Assembly (NCBI RefSeq): GCF_035285525.1
Contig: NZ_JAYKGW010000132.1
Location: 1 to 16,652 of the forward strand
From: Okeania sp.
GTDB lineage: Bacteria; Cyanobacteriota; Cyanobacteriia; Cyanobacteriales; Microcoleaceae
Length of the DNA stretch: 16,652 nt
Reading direction: 5' to 3'
Shown: in pieces, positions 14,715-16,652 of the stretch
Layout: each line of letters opens with the position of its first letter
Position numbering within the stretch: the stretch's first letter is position 1
Made by a program: the position numbers and the translations under genes
Notes under the pieces: generated by a model
Seen by the model: only the letters and a program-made list of their open reading frames with translations
Told to the model about the DNA's origin: nothing
Database searches by the model: none

Positions 14715-14747
14715 GCGGGCATCTTGCCCGCGACTGGTGTACCTCAC
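14715..14747. repeat. CATCTTGC-loop hairpin repeat, copy 1
   Basis: GCGGGCA TCT TGCCCGC forms a 7-bp GC stem (14715-14731), followed by GACTGGTGTACCTCAC. It may also act as an RNA 3'-end or stabiliser 16 nt after the stop at 14699. There is no U-tract. Confidence 0.6.
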
Positions 14748-14947
14748 GAAAGTTGAATCCCCTGTAACATTGCACTTAAACTATAACTTTTTTAGTTACA
14801 TTTCAGAATAAAAAAAATGTTTCACAAATTTTTCATTTCCTGAATAATTGCCTGAAGTTTATAATCAATGATATGCTCTAATTAAAAAGAAAAAATTATT
14901 CAATCTTACAATTTATTGAATTTTCCCAGTGCGATTTTTTCGAGAAT

Positions 14948-14978
14948 CGTGCATCTTGCTTGCGTAGGTGTACCTCAC
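14948..14978. repeat. CATCTTGC-loop repeat, copy 2
   Basis: CGTGCATCTTGCTTGCGTAGGTGTACCTCAC is a direct repeat of 14715-14747 with a degenerate stem. Confidence 0.6.
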
Positions 14979-15008
14979 TAATAACTGAAATAACCTATGT
15001 TCACTTTT
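14977..15008 (+). repeat. 32-bp perfect direct repeat, left copy (duplicate of the hisC RBS region, ATG and 4 codons)
   Basis: ACTAATAACTGAAATAACCTATGTTCACTTTT is identical to 15150-15181. Confidence 0.95.
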
Positions 15009-15149
15009 CACAGTTTGATATTCCCGCCCTACCTACTTTTGAAAGGAGGGAGCCAACCAAAAGTCCCCCTTTCAAAGGGGGATTTAGGGGGATTAAAATT
15101 GCTATATTCAGGTGTATAAATCCTTGATTTTTACCTGAAGTTACTGATA
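15009..15149. mobile_element. 141-bp insert between the direct repeats, carrying a GGGGGA/TCCCCC palindrome
   Basis: The insert contains TCCCCCTTT C AAAGGGGGA (15064-15082), followed by TTTAGGGGGATT. It also contains CCCGCCCTACC, which is related to the GGGGCGGG family at 16503-16635. There is no coding capacity of its own. Confidence 0.45.
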
Positions 15150-15181
15150 ACTAATAACTGAAATAACCTATGTTCACTTTT
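15150..15181 (+). repeat. 32-bp perfect direct repeat, right copy (contains the real hisC start)
   Basis: It is identical to 14977-15008. The ATG at 15170 is the hisC start. Confidence 0.95.
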
Positions 15182-16309
15182 ATTCGTTCAGACCTCAATA
15201 ACCTAAAAGCTTATACTCCTCATCCCGGAGGTAGTTCAGAAATTCCTTTAGATAGATTAGATACTAATGAATTTCCTTATGATTTGCCTGATAATTTAAA
15301 ACAAAAATTAGCTGAAAATTATCAACAGTTAATTGAAACCAACCGTTATCCTGATGGAGGTCATTTAGAACTAAAAGAAGCAATAGCTAAATATACAAAT
15401 CAAGCAAATCCCTCCGCAAATATTTCTCCTAATAATATCTCCGTTGGTAATGGTTCCGATGAATTAATTCGCTCCTTATTAATTGCTACTTGTTTGGAAA
15501 ATCAGGGTTCTATTTTAACCGCAAATCCTACTTTTTCAATGTATTCTATTCTGGCTAAAACTCTAGGAATTTCTGTAATAAATGTCGGCAGAAAAGAAGC
15601 CAATTTTGAAATAGATATTACTGCTGCTCAAGATGCTATTAATGAAACTAAAAATCCTGCCATCAGAGTAGTATTTGTCGTTCACCCAAATTCTCCAACT
15701 GCTAATGCTTTAACTTCTGAAGAATTATCATGGTTAAAAAGTTTGTCAGATGATATTTTAATAGTAATAGATGAAGCTTATTTTGAGTTTAGTCAAACTT
15801 CTCTCGTTGAAGAATTAAATCAACATCCAAATTGGGTAATTTTGCGAACCTTTTCTAAAGCATTTAGACTAGCTTCTTTAAGAATAGGATATGCGATCGC
15901 TCACCCAGAAGTTATTATTAATTTAGAAAAAGTTCGTCTTCCTTACAACTTACCAAGTTTTTCTCAAACTGCTGCTAAATTAGTTATTAATAATAGTCAA
16001 GATGTTCTATCTTTTATCCCAGAGATTTTGACAGAAAGAACTAAATTATTGACTGCCTTTAGGGAAATTCCTGTTTTACAGGTTTGGGAAAGTGCTGCTA
16101 ATTTTTTATATGTTCGACTGACAGATGAAGGATTAAAATTAATGGGTAAAAATTCTCAAGATGAAAGTTTAAAAAGTTTAATGGAGCAACTTAAAGCTCA
16201 GGGAACTTTAATTCGTCATACTGGTGGAGGATTAAGAATAACAGTCGGAACTCCTGAAGAAAATCAGCGAACAGTTGAGAGAATTAAAAGTATTTTTAGT
16301 ATCGAGTAG
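15170..16309 (+). CDS. hisC: Histidinol-phosphate aminotransferase
   Basis: The 379-aa ORF shows the class II aminotransferase pattern: [36 protein letters not shown] and the PLP-lysine motif [16 protein letters not shown]. Confidence 0.9.
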   Translation: MFTFIRSDLNNLKAYTPHPGGSSEIPLDRLDTNEFPYDLPDNLKQKLAENYQQLIETNRYPDGGHLELKEAIAKYTNQANPSANISPNNISVGNGSDELIRSLLIATCLENQGSILTANPTFSMYSILAKTLGISVINVGRKEANFEIDITAAQDAINETKNPAIRVVFVVHPNSPTANALTSEELSWLKSLSDDILIVIDEAYFEFSQTSLVEELNQHPNWVILRTFSKAFRLASLRIGYAIAHPEVIINLEKVRLPYNLPSFSQTAAKLVINNSQDVLSFIPEILTERTKLLTAFREIPVLQVWESAANFLYVRLTDEGLKLMGKNSQDESLKSLMEQLKAQGTLIRHTGGGLRITVGTPEENQRTVERIKSIFSIE

Positions 16310-16475
16310 GCAGTAGTTAAGAGTGAGGATTTAGGGAAGTCATAGGGGCGCCCTACTGTGGTATATTAAATAGCAAAATTTTTAGCAGCAATAAAGCAGC
16401 TCTGCTATATCTCTAAATTATCCATTATTAATTACAGGACTTACGCATTAACGCTGTTAGTAGTGGACCGTTTCA

Positions 16476-16652
16476 TCTAAAATGGTGCATTAGGAAGACA
16501 CCGTAGGGGCGGGTTTTACAAGTGAACAAGTCAACTAGATAAACCCGCCCCCAGTGATATAAGCCAACGTTTCCGGGGCGGGTTTATATAAATCCTAGAA
16601 ATCTATGAAAATTTCCGATCAAACCCGCCCCTACCTATTGCACCATTTTAGA
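16476..16652. repeat. Composite inverted-repeat element with four GGGGCGGGTTT / AAACCCGCCCC motifs, reaching the window edge
   Basis: The outer 19-bp arms are TCTAAAATGGTGCATTAGG (16476-16494) and CCTATTGCACCATTTTAGA (16634-16652). Inside them lie GTAGGGGCGGGTTTT (16503-16517), AAACCCGCCCCC (16541-16552), GGGGCGGGTTTA (16575-16586) and AAACCCGCCCCTACC (16621-16635). Confidence 0.7.

Noticed and set aside
14623-14811. 62-aa ORF on the plus strand
   Set aside because: It overlaps the end of the 98-aa coiled-coil ORF in another frame. It reads through the GCGGGCATCTTGCCCGC repeat (..RASCPRLVYLTK..), which is a typical repeat-derived ORF.

Overview
The window is an AT-rich chromosomal segment that looks like a filamentous, probably heterocyst-forming cyanobacterium (Nostocales type). 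Three things support this. There are seven HIP1 octamers GCGATCGC, starting at 1066, 1259, 3893, 6261, 6648, 9625 and 15893. There are STRR-like heptamer arrays. Small hairpin or MITE-like repeats fill every long intergenic region. The gene content is mostly housekeeping or accessory. In order, it comprises: a 4-EF-hand Ca-binding protein (-); a GlcE-like FAD oxidase subunit (+); a decayed xisH next to an intact xisI (+); an Sfp/HetI-type phosphopantetheinyl transferase (-); a Uma2-family nuclease-fold protein (-); a two-domain CobO/BtuR corrinoid adenosyltransferase (-); a three-gene membrane operon whose sizes, topology and order fit fraC-fraD-fraE, the septal or filament-integrity genes (+); a LarE-like PP-loop sulfur transferase (+); a class I SAM methyltransferase (+); a PadR regulator with a membrane protein and a small coiled-coil protein (+); and hisC (+). 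I found no rRNA, tRNA, CRISPR array, transposase, integrase, reverse transcriptase or recognisable multi-gene defence system. The most unusual signals are in the non-coding DNA. First, the roughly 0.95 kb upstream of the larE-like gene is a nested, diverged tandem duplication holding three decayed extra copies of the gene's first codons. Second, an AATAATT heptamer array supplies both the start-codon context and the stop codon of that gene. Third, hisC has a perfect 32-bp duplication of its RBS and start codon around a 141-bp insert. Fourth, xisH carries three in-frame nonsense codons with no frameshift. All family calls come from reading motifs by eye, and no searches were run.
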